A DNA stretch of 53,455 nt, the filler included, from Sphacelaria rigidula (taxonomy: Eukaryota): assembly GCA_964200075.2 (NCBI GenBank). It is 5 parts of 5 records of this genome, joined end to end, with 100 filler letters (N's around TTAATTAATTAA, not from the genome) between each part and the next. Parts side by side here need not be neighbours in the genome. Positions count along the whole stretch, not along the records: positions 10,713 to 21,323 come from CAXNAA020006201.1; positions 21,424 to 32,034 come from CAXNAA020006202.1; 3 more parts are not named here. One strand, given 5' to 3'. A program made the position numbers and the translations under genes. Positions 11,410 through 24,998 of this stretch are shown here, in pieces. The notes under the pieces were generated by a model. The model was not told the origin of the DNA. It did not search any database and worked only from the letters and a program-made list of their open reading frames with translations. How positions within the stretch are numbered: position 1 is the first letter of the stretch; each line of letters opens with the position of its first letter.

Positions 11410-13674
11410 CCTCAGGTCGTGCGGCATCCGCTCCCAAGCGTCCTCCCAATCCCAGGACTCTCCCGGCCCCAACCCTTTCCCAGCGCCGGCGCCTCCTAAA
11501 ATGCCCGCGTAGCCGGCTAGAATGCCGCTCCCGCTGTCCGCGCCACCACGGTGACCGCTGCCGCCTGTCCCGCCCGCCGTTACCCCTCCCGATGAATAGG
11601 CATAGCCGCGGCGGTGCATTTGACATCTTTGCGATGACCCTGCCGGTTGAACCTGTCATTGTTTTGTTGATTCAGGGGACGAGGGGAGTCGAGGGACCAA
11701 CAGTTTTCAGCACAGGGAGCACACGTTTGACATTGCTCAGTACATGGCAATGGCATGATCGCCGATGAGTAACCAGAACAGGAAACTTTTACAAGTATCG
11801 TTCCGAAATGCTTAGATGTCGAACGCTTTACAAATTTCAAGTGATTACACTATACCGATATAGCGCGGGGTCCCAGCATAGCGCGGTCATGCCGGGCTGA
11901 CTTGCCCCCGCACTATCTGTATTACCCCAACCGTACAGATTTTAGAAACAGAGGCGATCACAACGTTACTAGTCTTGTGTTACCGCAATGTACAAAGTCT
12001 TCTGGGCGGGACTCTTCCGGGTGGGACGCCATGTACAAAGCCTTCAAAGCTCAACGATGCAAGGTCACACGTTGACTGTTGTTGAGTATTGTGTGGTGAA
12101 ATAATAGACGGGTATTTTCACTTGAGGTTAACAAAAATATGTACATACATGGAAGCGATTTGATACCTTTTTGTGGACAGAAGACATCGGAAATGTGTCG
12201 AACAGTTGCTCCCTCTTCTTGTCGTCCCGGAGATAATCATCCTTCAAACGTAATGCAGTCGTTCCATCCTCGTCTACGATCGCCTTCAGCATCCGCAGTT
12301 CGCTGAAAAAAAAAATCCACACACAACACAGTTCGCAAAGCAAATAAAAAAAGGGGGGGAATTTTAACGCTTCAGGAAACGAGCGCCCCCGACAAATCTC
12401 GGTGTTCGTTGGCGAGAACTAGTTCTTGCCTCCGCAAGGTGGGGGAGGAGGCATCCTGATACATTTCCATCGTACAGCGTTCCAGTTACACCTCTCATTA
12501 TCCAACAATGGCATATAGCTTTCAAGACACTAGCAAGACCGTGCTGTGCGATTAATATTCAACAGCGTTGAAGCTCGTAAACCAGCAATTTTCATCTTCA
12601 GTCTCGGCCAGTCGTGCAGAGATCACAGAAGGTCATCGCCGGCTCTTCAGAAATACGCCGGAAACAGGGGGTCTCGCTTGTACTCACCATGTGCCCGAGA
12701 GCGTTCTCACGACGAGCAACACTAATATACTCAAAACGTCTAGTCAGGGCGGCGCCTGCAAGCAAATGCCATGCTTCCGGTGATTTCAGATGCGATATTT
12801 ACTCCTTCGGCCCTGAACTACAGGGCCACTGCAGAAACTCCAACACTATGGTTCGAGTATCATAGGATCATGAGCCGTCGGGCGATGAATATCCACGACG
12901 CATCTCACAAGAGACTGCATGTCTAACCAAAAGTTAGCCAACAAAATATCTTTCACGTTCTCGAGCTTTCAACGAAGGAAATCCGACCCGTATTTTTCGG
13001 CCAGACGGTGTAAGATGCAACATCAGACCACCGGGGGGGTAGCGGGTTTGCAAACTTGAAACTGATGAGAGTCGACGCGCCCGCGGGGGTGGCGCGTCAT
13101 GAGGTATCCCAGAAGAGCCCGTCGAGTGCTCATCAATTGCACCTTTTCACGAAACAATCGGGTACTCAGCTCTTGATATCAGTGCTACAGTGCTACAGGA
13201 ACTTCAGCACATCAGAAAATCAGGCCTCAAAGGGTTAGCGGTGGTGAAAAACAGGCTTCTCAAACTCATGATTTTGGCGATTCGAGCGGTCGGAGCGGTC
13301 GAGCGTTCAATCCCAATACCGTACCGGAGCAGGAAGGCAAGAGAAGGGAAAAAAGTAACAACTTTTACACGCGATCGCTGCCCTCTTCATAACGTACAAT
13401 CTTGCGGCGATGCTTAGTCTTGGTGGTGGTGGTGGTGGGAGTTATGCATGACGTACTCATACCTGAGAGGGCGGTTGAGCAATGACCTAACCGACGCGAT
13501 ACACCCTGCGCAGCTCGTAGAGTTCATTGCACGGTCGATCAGATGTCGCTTCTCCAGCAAGATGTCATCATCCACACCGCCGCATCCGCCACCGATACCG
13601 ATACCGCAGTGGCTTCCGCCGCCGCTACTGCCTTTGCATCTTCCCCCCCGCTTAGCACGCCGTGACGCCTGCAT
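11410..13674 (-). CDS. GGNBP2: Gametogenetin-binding protein 2 (GGNBP2/ZNF403)-like gene, partial, three exons
   Basis: Exons 13674(or 13668)-13463, 12302-12167, 11652-11410 join in phase with GT-AG sites. The spliced peptide has SCAGCIASVRSLL ... DDKKREQLF ... SQRCQMH ... WEDAWERMPHDLR, in the same order as recalled GGNBP2 motifs PCVGCRRSVERL / DAKKLYTLF / KRCQLH / WMDVWELMSQECR. Confidence 0.75.
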
Positions 13675-15907
13675 GGTGTTGGGTATCGTGAAGTTTATCG
13701 TTCGATGGCATACAAGTAGTGGGATGGGGATGGAAGCGAAGATGATTAGGCTTGAGCTCGTTTACATACTTTGGCGGCTGCGAGGTTTCCAGCATCGCCG
13801 ACTGAAGACGGTCGCCCAAATCCTCTTGCAGACAGACCGCCGTGCCTAATCGAACCAGTTTCGGCCTTTGTTGCCATGATGTGCACGCAAATATGTGTCA
13901 ATATGTGTGCAGAGTAGGAACCAGTGAAAAATATCAATATCTGAAACTACTGGCAACTGTACGTGTGTGTAGCTCTACTACGGAAAGCGCATAGGGACGG
14001 GCGTAGGGGTCAACGATTAACGGAGGGCGGAGGATGCGCCCGGAAGGTGGTGAGATGGTGTGTCGAAGTAATGCCACCACGGATCTGAGAGATGGGATTA
14101 GCGCTCGGTATATCTCGAGATTTGGAGATATGGTGGGGGGACTTCAAGTCTGGAGGACTTTGTGATCTGTGTAGTGGGTGGGATGACGCCACTGAGATCG
14201 AAGCACCTGTCAACTCAAGTCTCTCAAGCGCCTTTCAACCCTGTGATCACCGCCACGGTGGGTAGATGGGTCTTGACATACATCCTCCAAGCAAAAATGA
14301 TGTCGATTCAACAGATGCTCACCCAGGCGGTCAAAGGGTTGAGGCAGGAATATCTGTTTGCCCCGTTTCGGCCTTTGATTCCGAATCGGACAACTCCATT
14401 ATGAATCTCGAAACAAGCAATAAAGGACGTTTTCTGCTCTGTTCTCGACACCAATAGCGAAGTCGCATGTAGTGTCAGCATTGGCGAGAAGCCAGCGAGC
14501 ACAACGTTTGAGGGTTGTCTGAGTCATGCTGTGAATCGTCACTCAATGCGGTCTGAAAAACCGAAGGATACACACGGACTGTTGTACAAAACACCGCGCT
14601 TTCTTTACACTGTGCAGACTATCCCGACGGGCAGCACGAGGAGTAGTAGTGCTCCTGTATCGTACCACTTATCAACTGTACAGAGCACTGACGAGGCACT
14701 GCAAGCCCTGTAACACTGCTGTCTGTTGTCCGCTGTACAGAGTGTACATACAGTGTGCACAGCAGACAACAGACGATAGTACGATGGAGTTATTTCACAA
14801 GTTCAGTCCCCTCGTTGCGTGTATACGGCCATCTATACTACTCAGAGTACCGCAGTATTCTCAACATATCGATATCTACCCGGATACACTGTTTTCCCAC
14901 ACGTAAGCTGCAGCGTGGACTGGTGGCATTACGTAATCGCATGCACACATAACAGGATTACATTTACACACTGGACTAATAGGCCTGTTGTAAACCACAC
15001 CGCAGTAAACATCAAGTATTTTCTTTCTTCGGGCAACTGAGAAGTATGCTCCAAGAAAAAAACACTCATTCTATGATATCCCCGGTAGTATCGAGCAGAG
15101 AAGACATCGTCGTCTACGGCTGTGGTATCCTGCCCTACAACAAAATCTCTTCGGTGTTGCTGCCCTACTGTGAGCTGCTGTGGAGTACGACAGTTGTTTC
15201 GTGTGCGCAGTGTTTGATATTGGATTTTTTGTGGATTTGGATCTGGAGGCGTTCGCGACCTGCACGCGTTTTGCATATCACACCTGCAAATAGGTCGCGA
15301 CATATTTTTCCATCTTGGGACGACACAAAAAACACTTTGAACGATCAACATGTAAAAATAAATTTACTTCATTTTCTTCAGGCTTGTCGCCCGACCCAGA
15401 ATTCTCCTGAAAACACGGATGGTTAATCGGGGAAGCGTTTTCTGTCGACCGGGAAACCTGAATGTTCTTCCTTGAAAACGAGGGAAACCCTGGACTGTCA
15501 GCAGGTGGCGTTACTCTGAAACGGTGCCCGAGATAAAACGGTTCACCCTTGTAGCGCCTGACACACTCAGGTGGACCATATGGGCTCGTCTAGCCTAGAA
15601 GCGGATCTGTAGGTTTTGGGACTTGGACTTGAAAATTTGGCATAGAGAATGAATTGAGCATGATTGAAAAATACGCCGGGACAAGATGATTCTGTTTCAT
15701 TCTTCATACCAAATTTCAAATTCCAATTCTCAAAATCGAGGGGAGAGCGGGAGATTAGAACCCAGGCCGGTCGAAATTCGGAACAGTATTTTGCAGGTCA
15801 CTTATTAGCCCAGGTTTGGTACTTGAGCTTTGAATTTTGGGTATGAAATCGCTGGGGAAAAATGAACAAAAATGGGACAGCGTTTAACTTTTTTTCTCAT
15901 GAGTTAA

Positions 15908-16007
15908 CCCTCAGATCGCGATGCGGGTAATCCATCTGCATCACACATATTTCTTCAATTTAAATTGACGCCGATTCAGCAGGTGACCTACCCTCGCCGT
16001 CAGAGGG
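15908..16007. mobile_element. 100-bp piggyBac-like MITE
   Basis: TTAA|CCCTC...GAGGG|TTAA with imperfect ~22-bp TIRs. Confidence 0.65.
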
Positions 16008-16486
16008 TTAAGGAGGTTTTAGTATAGCAAAGAACATTCTTTGACGAGAACGCTCTTGACTGACAAAAGAAACGAAGGTCCCCGTTTTTCAGCTGCGGCC
16101 GAATCGTTGTTCATTCCGCTGTTATGGCTTGCATGGCGGAAATATAGTTCACGGTGTGCGTGTGCATTGAAGGTCGCTTCAGGCATGATGCAGACAGTAG
16201 CAGTGGCTCCGTCAGTTTGGTCCTACCATGCTCTCGCCACTCAGGTGGTATCGGTGCTTGGCAAGGCAGTAACAATAATTGTCAGTCTGCTAGTCAAGTC
16301 TAGCACGCACAAGCTGCTTTCTCAGACAGGCACAAGTAGCTGTTAACGCACTTGTAGTGAGCAGTTGCACTACCGTTCAGCCCACAAGTCCAACACAGTA
16401 CGCTACAGAACAGTCTTCGGTATTGTACATGTATTCACGTGTTCATAGTAACCAATCAACACTTCCCCACAGTCTACGCGAGTCCC

Positions 16487-17430
16487 TGCTGTTAGAAGCT
16501 GGGCCAGCCTGGAAACGGATTCAAGCTCTCAAAGCAAAATGTCATCGACACAGACGAGTTGGGCCGTGATCCGCATGTTGTATTAATCGTCTTATCGAGG
16601 GGAAGGTGCCCATCTGCTCAGAAGTCTGGGCCAATAATTTCTCGTTGATTAAACCCCATGTCTAGTAATTCCTGTACCGTACGGAGATAGCGTCCAGACG
16701 AAAATTTATGACATCCCGAACGACACATTCGGCGGATGATGACGATTTTTGGTGTGGACCTTCCCTAGAGCACGGAGAGACGATAGATACCCTCACCTTC
16801 GCCTAATTCGAAATTTATCTTGACATATGGCGCACATAGGGTTTTATACAAAAATCCATATATTAATAGGAGAGGCACTAGATGCCCTGAATCTGGATAT
16901 CGCGCTCAGTTAAGAGTTGTGCCATGAAATATATTATGGAGCACCGCTAGTGTACAATAAAAATAAGAACAGCTGTTTTTCTTTGTCATCTTTTTTTTAA
17001 AGGATATTTGACGAGAAATGAACATTGCTCTTGGGCCTCATCTCAATTTATTAGCTCAACTTTTACAATTGTGATTTGAAACTTAGCATGGAGAATCACA
17101 GAGGTATGCTGAGTAAAGACAAAATATGGGCCTTCATTTTTCTAGAAGAGGTTCGGGCGTTCTCGTAAAAAGGTGGTGGTTACCATACGAAAACGCCCTA
17201 AAACAATGAATAAAAACAACCCGATATAAGTTTCCTAGTATATTATGACCTAGCGAGGTCCCGCACAAAGTTTCAGTTCACAAACACCACACGTGAGTCG
17301 GTAAACGGCCGGCAAAATAATATTCTGAATTTCCACAGGCGCGGGTTTTAAAAGGCGAATTCGCAATTTTCTACTTGGAGTTGGACCCTGAAATTGGTAT
17401 GGGCAATCAACACGGCATAAAAAATGTGTG
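16487..17430 (-). repeat. Repeat fragments homologous to piece 1 (8198-9220)
   Basis: Reverse-complement similarity by eye, e.g. gacgagttgggccgtgatccgcat and gagttggaccctgaaatt. Confidence 0.75.
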
Positions 17431-20400
17431 TGGTTCCGAACATATACATATTATATGAGTTAAAGGCATAAATGAGTTTTCAGCTTCAGATAAAATGCAG
17501 TTGACCCTTTTGGAACTCACGATAGAAATTGATCATTTGTAATTGACCAGGGCTCGGACAAATCAATGATTCGTCTGGAAATTACTTGGTTTTAGTGTCT
17601 TTGATTCAAATCGTACGAATCACTCCCCAGGCTTTGTTTTTAGCGGTGCAACCCAGGTACACGCGGCCCACACACGTGGAATGGCGCAAAAGTTGCGTGG
17701 ATACCCTTCGGACAACTTTTTCTCCTCTTTGGGCAATTAGGCCTAAGAAAACATGGATTTGGTTATTCGAACCCGTGATGATTCGTCCTAACCGTGCAAT
17801 TGACGGTTGTTGAGTAAGATATGCTTGATTTACAGCTCAGACGCAACAACTTTCACCAAATGCGTATTTTCCAGACTCGTGCGAGTGACAAGTGGAACAA
17901 AAGGAGGTTTCCTATTACTGATGTGCCTGGTTGGACCCTGAAGCCCTCTGCTGTTTTCAAATGGAATGTTTCATAGTGTTTTTACTGATTAATGTTGATG
18001 GATACAAGTGGGCACACTCCATCCGTTGTGTGGTATGGCTGGACAAACCTCACCCGACCTCTCCAGGGTGGACATTTTTCCTGCACCCGCCGCGTGTGCT
18101 ACTGGATTCTTCTTTGGTCTTCCATCATGAATGGTTGCCGTCAGCCTTCTCTGCTTCCATCTTTTGCTCTTTGTCAGGGCTTCTCATAATGAGGCGTTTG
18201 GCCCGGGGACAAGAGGGGAGAGTTGCAAAAGGGGTACCTCCCCGAAAATAAACTTTGGGACCATGCACTCGTTTTTTTCATCATGTCCTGCTGATTATCC
18301 TTACACAATTTCAGTGTCCAACTTTACGTAGGAAATTTCGAATTAGCCTGCAAACTCCAAATCCACTTCTAGGCTGGCCCATCTCGTACATGCAAGCCCG
18401 CCGCTGTACTAGCACGAGGCAGCGGAGGCTAGGGAAATGTAACGTCGAACATACCCGTTGCGAACGTGTGCCCGATTTCAGCTTCGGCGTCATAGGCTCA
18501 TTTGACCCCCACTCTAAAAAGTTGGAAAAAAAAGGTCAACCTGTAATCATTTTGGTTCCAGTATCTCGCCAGTATTTTTCCACATACCCAGAATGACATC
18601 CTCTTTCTACCAAATTGTTATGCGGGGCTGTCAGCCGGAAAATCATTTTGAAATGAGGGTTGGCGTACGACGGGTTAAACGAAACGGCAGTCACTGTCAC
18701 TCAACTCTCGAGGGGCGGAGGGAGGTGGGAGGCTTGAGGTCAAAGGGTTCATTTTTTCCAGTTTTGCTTCCCGGATGTACTGAACAAAATCGAAGCAAGT
18801 ATCATCCGTCTGTCCCATATGTTCCGGGTAAACCGAGAACCCTGCCATTTTTCGCAGCAATCTCTGCTTGTGGAGTGGGGCTGACCGCTGGCAGTATTGC
18901 CGGCAAACGTTCAGTGGTGAGGATGCCGTGCATTTATAAAATCAACAGAGAAGTATGCCAGCCAAAGTCATTAACTACCTGTTTGTAGTGTAAGATAAAT
19001 CGTACCTCTAAAAACCGGAGTGGAGGGAGTATCCTCGTCTCATGCACGGAACTGGAACTGTCATGTTGAGCTGTTACTCGAATATTTCCGATTTCGTCGT
19101 TACGACGAGGGAAACGGCGGGCGGTGTTCTCTTTGATGGTTTCGTGGCACTTGCCGGTATCCGACGATATACGAAGACAAGGTTGCAAGGCTGGCTGTTG
19201 TCATTTCGCCGTTGACGAATGTACGAGCAGTTGACTGAACACCGTTTTCCTCGTTCAATACTGTAGAGGTGCCTTGTGGGTTAGAAAATGGTCATGCTTT
19301 AAAGTATCAATTGTGCTGAGTTTCAAGGGAACACGCCAGTGACCACATCAGCCCGGAGAGTTGGCGGTAAAGGCAAATAACGTGGCTGAGGCATCCGAAT
19401 GGCAAAAAACGCATGCCATCACATACCTCGAAAGCGCCCAATATATCCAAGATGGATACGGCTGCTCGAATCCACCCGAGAAAACTTGGTGTGCATGTAT
19501 CTGCCCGTACCGTACTGACTGTATTGACTGTACCACGCCTCGGCAGCGCTTCATGTACCCGCGATCTATTCGTGACAACTGCAGACGTGAAATTTGAAAT
19601 TTGCAACGTTGCATCGTGAGGTCAAGTAATGCGAAAAAATATTCCGCGAAAGCTCGACCAGTGAATGTTGCCGCATGCTCCGAGTATTCACGAAGGAGTC
19701 GCCAACAACCAAATTTCAGGTCGATTCTGGTAAGAGACAAGAAATCGTTGACAAGAACAATCGCCCCCATGATAATCAGTCTTTCATCATGTCAGCTACA
19801 CAAGCTTCGGTACTGTATATCGGGGAACCTTGCACCCTACCCGAACAGGTTGATCAAAGCCTTTCGCAGAACTCATAGATCGCACCCACTGGGCTTCACG
19901 GCGCAGTCTTGCGCGAGAGGACGGACGAACGTTGAGGACAGCAACATTACATATATAGCGAAGCCTCAATCGCGCTTCTTGTCCGTGTTACGGCGAGGGT
20001 CCATCGATGAGCGGCGGCAGTTGAACGACTATGCTGGCAAGATTGAACGCTGCCTCCGCCCCGTTTGGTGTTGTATCCTCTATAATTGCCATAAACCGTT
20101 GTAAAATAGTTCCGATTGAAGCGCGAGAGGCTTAGTCATCCTTTCAACCGACACAGCGTACGAAACGCCTTGGGTCAGATATTGTTGCTTGAACACTCAT
20201 CGACGACATCATAGTCTTCAAAGATACCGCCTCCATTTCGTTCAATGGGAATAACACTGCAATACTGGGTCGTACAGAAACTCAGGTCGACGCAATCAGG
20301 CTACACGGGTGTTGGCTCTATACAGACTGCTCCACGGTTCTACGGTACTGACTGTGCGGGATTGTTCTGTGTTCAGTGCCAGTGCAAGAAATGTGTGCTG

Positions 20401-21323
20401 TTTTGTCTGTGCCGTGGGGCAAGTGTGCTACATGTACAGCGCTATCATCTGTGCAGTCGGAAAGTTTCCTCTTGTACATGTGCTACTGCTGTCTGTATGG
20501 CAGTGCTGTCTTGCGCCGTCGGCACTGTCTTGCGCCGTCGGCGAAGTGTGCTGCCTGTTGTCTAGTACTGAACTTTCTAGTGTGTTTCGAAATTTTCGCC
20601 TAATTTCGGCACAAAATTGGTGTCACGTGTCCAGCGTGTTTTCCAGCGAAAGGGCTGGAAAGAACACGAACACAAAACGTCATTGACTGGGTACAGTGCA
20701 ACCTTTGCTACGAAAAACCCAAATGCACTCTATTTGACAAAAACTACCTGTTCCTACCACCAAGCTGCTCTCCGTATGCACCTCCCGATCCCCCTCCCGT
20801 CCCCCCTGCCGGTCCTTCCTCCCCCCTACCCTCCTCTTCGTACTCGAGCAACGAGCATAGCATCCAAACGATGGGCGATAAAAGCCAATCCCAACTACTC
20901 TGATTTGTAGCACGTGCGACCTACTCTCTGGTATGATGAAAGATGGGCCAAGCGACTCACATTGTTTGTTCGATTTCTTCCCTGCCTTCCCGTCATTGCC
21001 ATGGCTCTTCCCGTGATTGCGTGGGTGTTACGTGGGTTACTTCGATGACGAGCAGCCCTACAAGTTGTGTCGATACGCCCCCGAAGGGACGCCATGATGC
21101 AAACCTTTGGTCATCATCTATTTTCTAGAATTTCTGTATCAGACCCGCGGTGGTAAAGCGGAAGCCCGAAGACGTCACCAAAAACGTACTGCTCTTACTG
21201 CAGGTCGTGTTGTTCGATGGTGTTATACGATATTCTACAATAAACAACAAATTGTGCGAATTGAGGTTTACCTTTGAGATGAGGCTCAAGCGTAAAACAG
21301 TGCTTTGCCCACTCTTTCAGCGA

Positions 21324-21423
21324 NNNNNNNNNNNNNNNNNNNNNNNNNNNNNNNNNNNNNNNNNNNNTTAATTAATTAANNNNNNNNNNNNNNNNNNNNN
21401 NNNNNNNNNNNNNNNNNNNNNNN
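21324..21423. other. Artificial concatenation spacer
   Basis: Same N44-TTAATTAATTAA-N44 spacer. Confidence 0.97.
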
Positions 21424-21553
21424 AGTGTTGGGTTTATGGTCAGGGGCGTGGTACCTGCAGGGACTGGCCCGACTGGTTTTGAAAAACATCAATCCTGAGG
21501 TGTTTTGAACTACGACGCGGTCCTCTAAGCACGCGGTCCTCTCACGCATTACA
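21424..21553 (-). mobile_element. Telomere-motif MITE, partial, nested inside another copy
   Basis: Ends in the TIR gcggtcctctaagcacgcggtcctctcacgcattaca; cut by the spacer. Confidence 0.85.
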
Positions 21554-21642
21554 CTAACACTAACACTAACACTGACACTAACCATAGGGATGTTCAAATT
21601 CCGATGCGGTCCTCTAAGCACGCGGTCCTCTCACGCACCACA
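21554..21642 (+). mobile_element. Telomere-motif MITE, 3' part of the host copy
   Basis: (ctaaca)n tract, then catagggatgttcaaattccgat and the TIR. Confidence 0.8.
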
Positions 21643-22462
21643 GCGGATCCCCACGGGGAAGACGAATGCACGCTGCACCACCTCCACTACTTCAAATTAT
21701 GTTCACGTATGGTTTATATTGTTCAACAGTTGGAGTGTATGCTACAGTTCATCGCATCGTAATACAAGTACTGGCACCAACACGTACCGGCAGCTATAGC
21801 CTTGGCGTGTGCGCATTTTCCTGTCATAAATGGTATACTTTGATACAGTGCGTGTCACGTAAGCACTGCTCGTTGAAATATCAAAAACCCGGTGCAGCAC
21901 TACAGCACCGCGGGGCCTGACATACAGGGTCGCCAAGCCGGAGAGGATGTGGATCTCCGTGAATTACAGCCGATCAAACTGAGCACTCATTGGAACTGAC
22001 AAAAATGCACGCCAAAGTTGGTCAAAAGAAGGAACGCTTCATTATTTCTGCTCACATGCTGATTTTCGGTGCGTCGCGAAACGATCAACTATGGAGCACA
22101 ACGAAGTGAACAGGTATGGTTCGAATGGGGATCCGCCTTTTAAGTACGATGGCCTGGGCTATGTGATGTAATGTGCGACACTACATTTATTTTCCGCAAG
22201 ATCGGCGCAGCACCGCCGCACTGCTCCTCCAGTTCCCGCTCGAAACGGGATTCTGCGAAGAGGCTAACGTGACTAATTAATCTGGCGCTTGTATTTGGTT
22301 GAAAACGGTGTCAGACGGTATGAATGAGCGTTATGTACAGTACCTATAACAAGCTCGTTCCAACAACCGTTGCTGCTTTCAACGACGATTTGACTTGGAA
22401 TTTCGTGCAAGAAGTGGCCCGACATACCCCCTTCCTCCCCATCATAGGATGACTATTATATC

Positions 22463-22697
22463 TGTAATGCGTGAGAGGACCGCGTGCTTAGAGGACCGCA
22501 TCGAAAGTTGAACCTCCCTGTGCTTAGGGTAAGGGTCAGAGTTAGTGTTAGGGTTACGGTTACGGTTAGGGTTTGGGTCAGGGTCAGGGGCATGGTCCCT
22601 GCAGGGACTGGCCCGAATAGTTTGGAAAAACGTCGACCGTGAGGTGTTTTGAACTACGGTGCGGTCCCCTAAACACGCGGTTCTAGCACGTATTACA
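22463..22697 (-). mobile_element. Telomere-motif MITE with an expanded repeat tract
   Basis: Both TIRs present; longer TTAGGG/TCAGGG tract; no TSD recognisable. Confidence 0.85.
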
Positions 22698-23255
22698 GTG
22701 GTCATCATTTGCGTTTTGCATGCCACCTGCTCATGTATGGCGTTTACAAATGTGGTGAACATGTTCCTCGCAACCTATCTGTGACACGGCGGGGCAGTCG
22801 GACAGGCTAGGGTGTGATCGACCGGCTCTCTCGGGATGCTGCAGCAACACACATCAGACATAACAAGTAAAAATACCGACTGTGAAAAGTCCCGCGCAAA
22901 GATTGCCGCATGCTTGCTTTCTCTCAGTTGTATGCGCACATACACCCAATTGAAGCACCAGCTACAGACGTTACAGATGGTGTGGTAGTGTACACTCTAG
23001 CAGCACTGCAGACAAGTAGGTGGCTACTGGATTGTTTCTGCTCTTCACTTCGGAAGTGCGTATGTCTGCAAACGACGACCATCGTGCTTGACGCGGACAG
23101 CTCCAACACCGCTGCCCGGGCACACACCGTCTAAGGAGATAGATACCGCCAACCCGCGGTGCTTTTTAATATATGACATAGCCCAGGGTGCCCCTAGCAA
23201 GGTTCTTTATTACTCTCGCATGCTTAGCTACCGCCAGGGCGTGCACCAAGTGCAG

Positions 23256-23466
23256 TGTAATGCGTGAGAGAACCGCGTGCTTGGAGAACCGCATCGCAAT
23301 TTGAACATCCCCATGGTTAGGGTTAGGGTTAGGGTTGGTGTTGGGGTTATGGTCAGGGGCGTGGTACCTGCAGGGACTGACCCGATTGGTTTCGAAAAAC
23401 ATCGATTCTATGGTGTTTTGAGCTACGGCGCGGTCCTCTAAGCACGCGGTCCTCTCACGCATTACA
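23256..23466 (-). mobile_element. Telomere-motif MITE
   Basis: 37-bp TIRs; 4-bp TSD GCAG. Confidence 0.9.
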
Positions 23467-23878
23467 GCAGCTCTGCGGAGTGTTGCGCTGCGGTTCGAAA
23501 TGGTCGGAGTTCTACCAACGTGAAGGTTCGGAGAAAAAATCTAGCAGCTTCATTTTAGGAGAACTGCTGTCACCATTTACAACAGGGTAATGCTATTCCC
23601 AAGTCGCGACTTAGACACAGCTTATGTCCAAGTCGCGGCCTGGGAATAGCTTATGCCTGTTGCAAAAATCTAGACGATGCAGTCTACATTCTTCATTGTG
23701 TCCGAATGAAGTCGTTGCAACAAAAAATAGCGGTACAATCTATTACGGTTCAACGAAACAACAAACCATGTAAGGATGTTTCATTAGTATCCTTTTCACG
23801 GAGAGTACCTCTTTTGTGTTGATTTTATAGTCCAACTGTTTGAATGACGTTTCGAGTAGGATATTACTGGAGTAGACG

Positions 23879-24089
23879 TGTAATGCATGAGAGGACCGCG
23901 TGCTTAGACGACTGCATCGGAATTTGAACACCTCTATGGTGAGGGTTAGGGTTAGGGTTAGGGTTAGGGTTATGGTCAGGGGCGTGGTACCTGCAGGGAC
24001 TGGCCCGATTGGTTTTGAAAAACGTCGATCCTGAGGTGTTTTGAACTACATCGCGGTCCTCTAAGCACGAATTCCTCTCACGCATTACA
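23879..24089 (-). mobile_element. Telomere-motif MITE
   Basis: TIRs; 4-bp TSD GACG; a (GGGTTA)5 run. Confidence 0.9.
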
Positions 24090-24998
24090 GACGTGTTGCC
24101 ATGATTTGTCAGTGAAAGATCATCTAGCAGAGTATTTAGGCCACGTAAGCTGAAACATATCTTGTGTACACAACTGACAAGGCTACCGCGTCACCAGTAG
24201 CGGGGTTGAATTGAGTGATATGATCAGACCCTACGTGCGTGTAGAGTGTTCGATTCTTCTTCCAGGATTGAGCATGTTTGTAATCGGTGGTTCCTGTCGT
24301 CCTTGCAATCACTCTCCCAAGCTTACCAAGCTTACCCAGCTCTTCTTCATTTCCTCAGCACTCTGCTTGCAAAAGAGGCTGCTTGATTTTGTTCGACCGA
24401 AGTGAAGAACCCCAGACACCATTTTTGTCTTTGGGCTTTCTGTCTGCTGCAGAAGCGAGTGGTTTGACTACCGCTTTGCAATCTCTGCTACACTACTGTC
24501 TTCGGGACAGTTGTCGGTCTGTTTCGAGAGTAGTACTAAACACCACAAGCCACAAAATATTTCCAACAATGTCCAAGTCGCGACTTGGAAATAGCTCATG
24601 TCCACACCTCCAGCTGGGATTTGACTACCCGCCCGCGTTCGTCTCATGTCCCTTGTATCGACACCACAGCAGCTACAATACACTCACACAGCCCGTAGCC
24701 ATCGTTCAAGCTATCGCACGGTGCAAACGGCCTCGTAGCGGTCGAGAAATGCGCCTGCTGCACAGTGCCAAAAAATACCGCCAACCGACTGGACATGGAC
24801 ATAAGCTATGTCGAAGTGGCGAGTTGGATATAGCCCATGTCCACCACCAGCGATTGGAATATGTGTCCACGTTCGTCCGATGTGCCTTGCATCGACACCA
24901 CAGCAGATACAATACAGTCACACAGTCCGTAGCCATCGTTCAAGCCATCGCACGGTGCAAACGGCCTCGTAGCGGTCGAGAAATGCGCCTGCTACACA

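Noticed and set aside
12688..12755. Extra small exon of the GGNBP2-like gene
   Set aside because: Has AG/GT ends, but its open frame is out of phase with the flanking exons, which join directly.
19200..20240. Coding-looking stretch with several overlapping ORFs
   Set aside because: No recognisable motif or consistent exon structure; at most a decayed element.
23940..23972. True telomere or chromosome end
   Set aside because: Short TTAGGG run lying inside a TIR- and TSD-bounded MITE.
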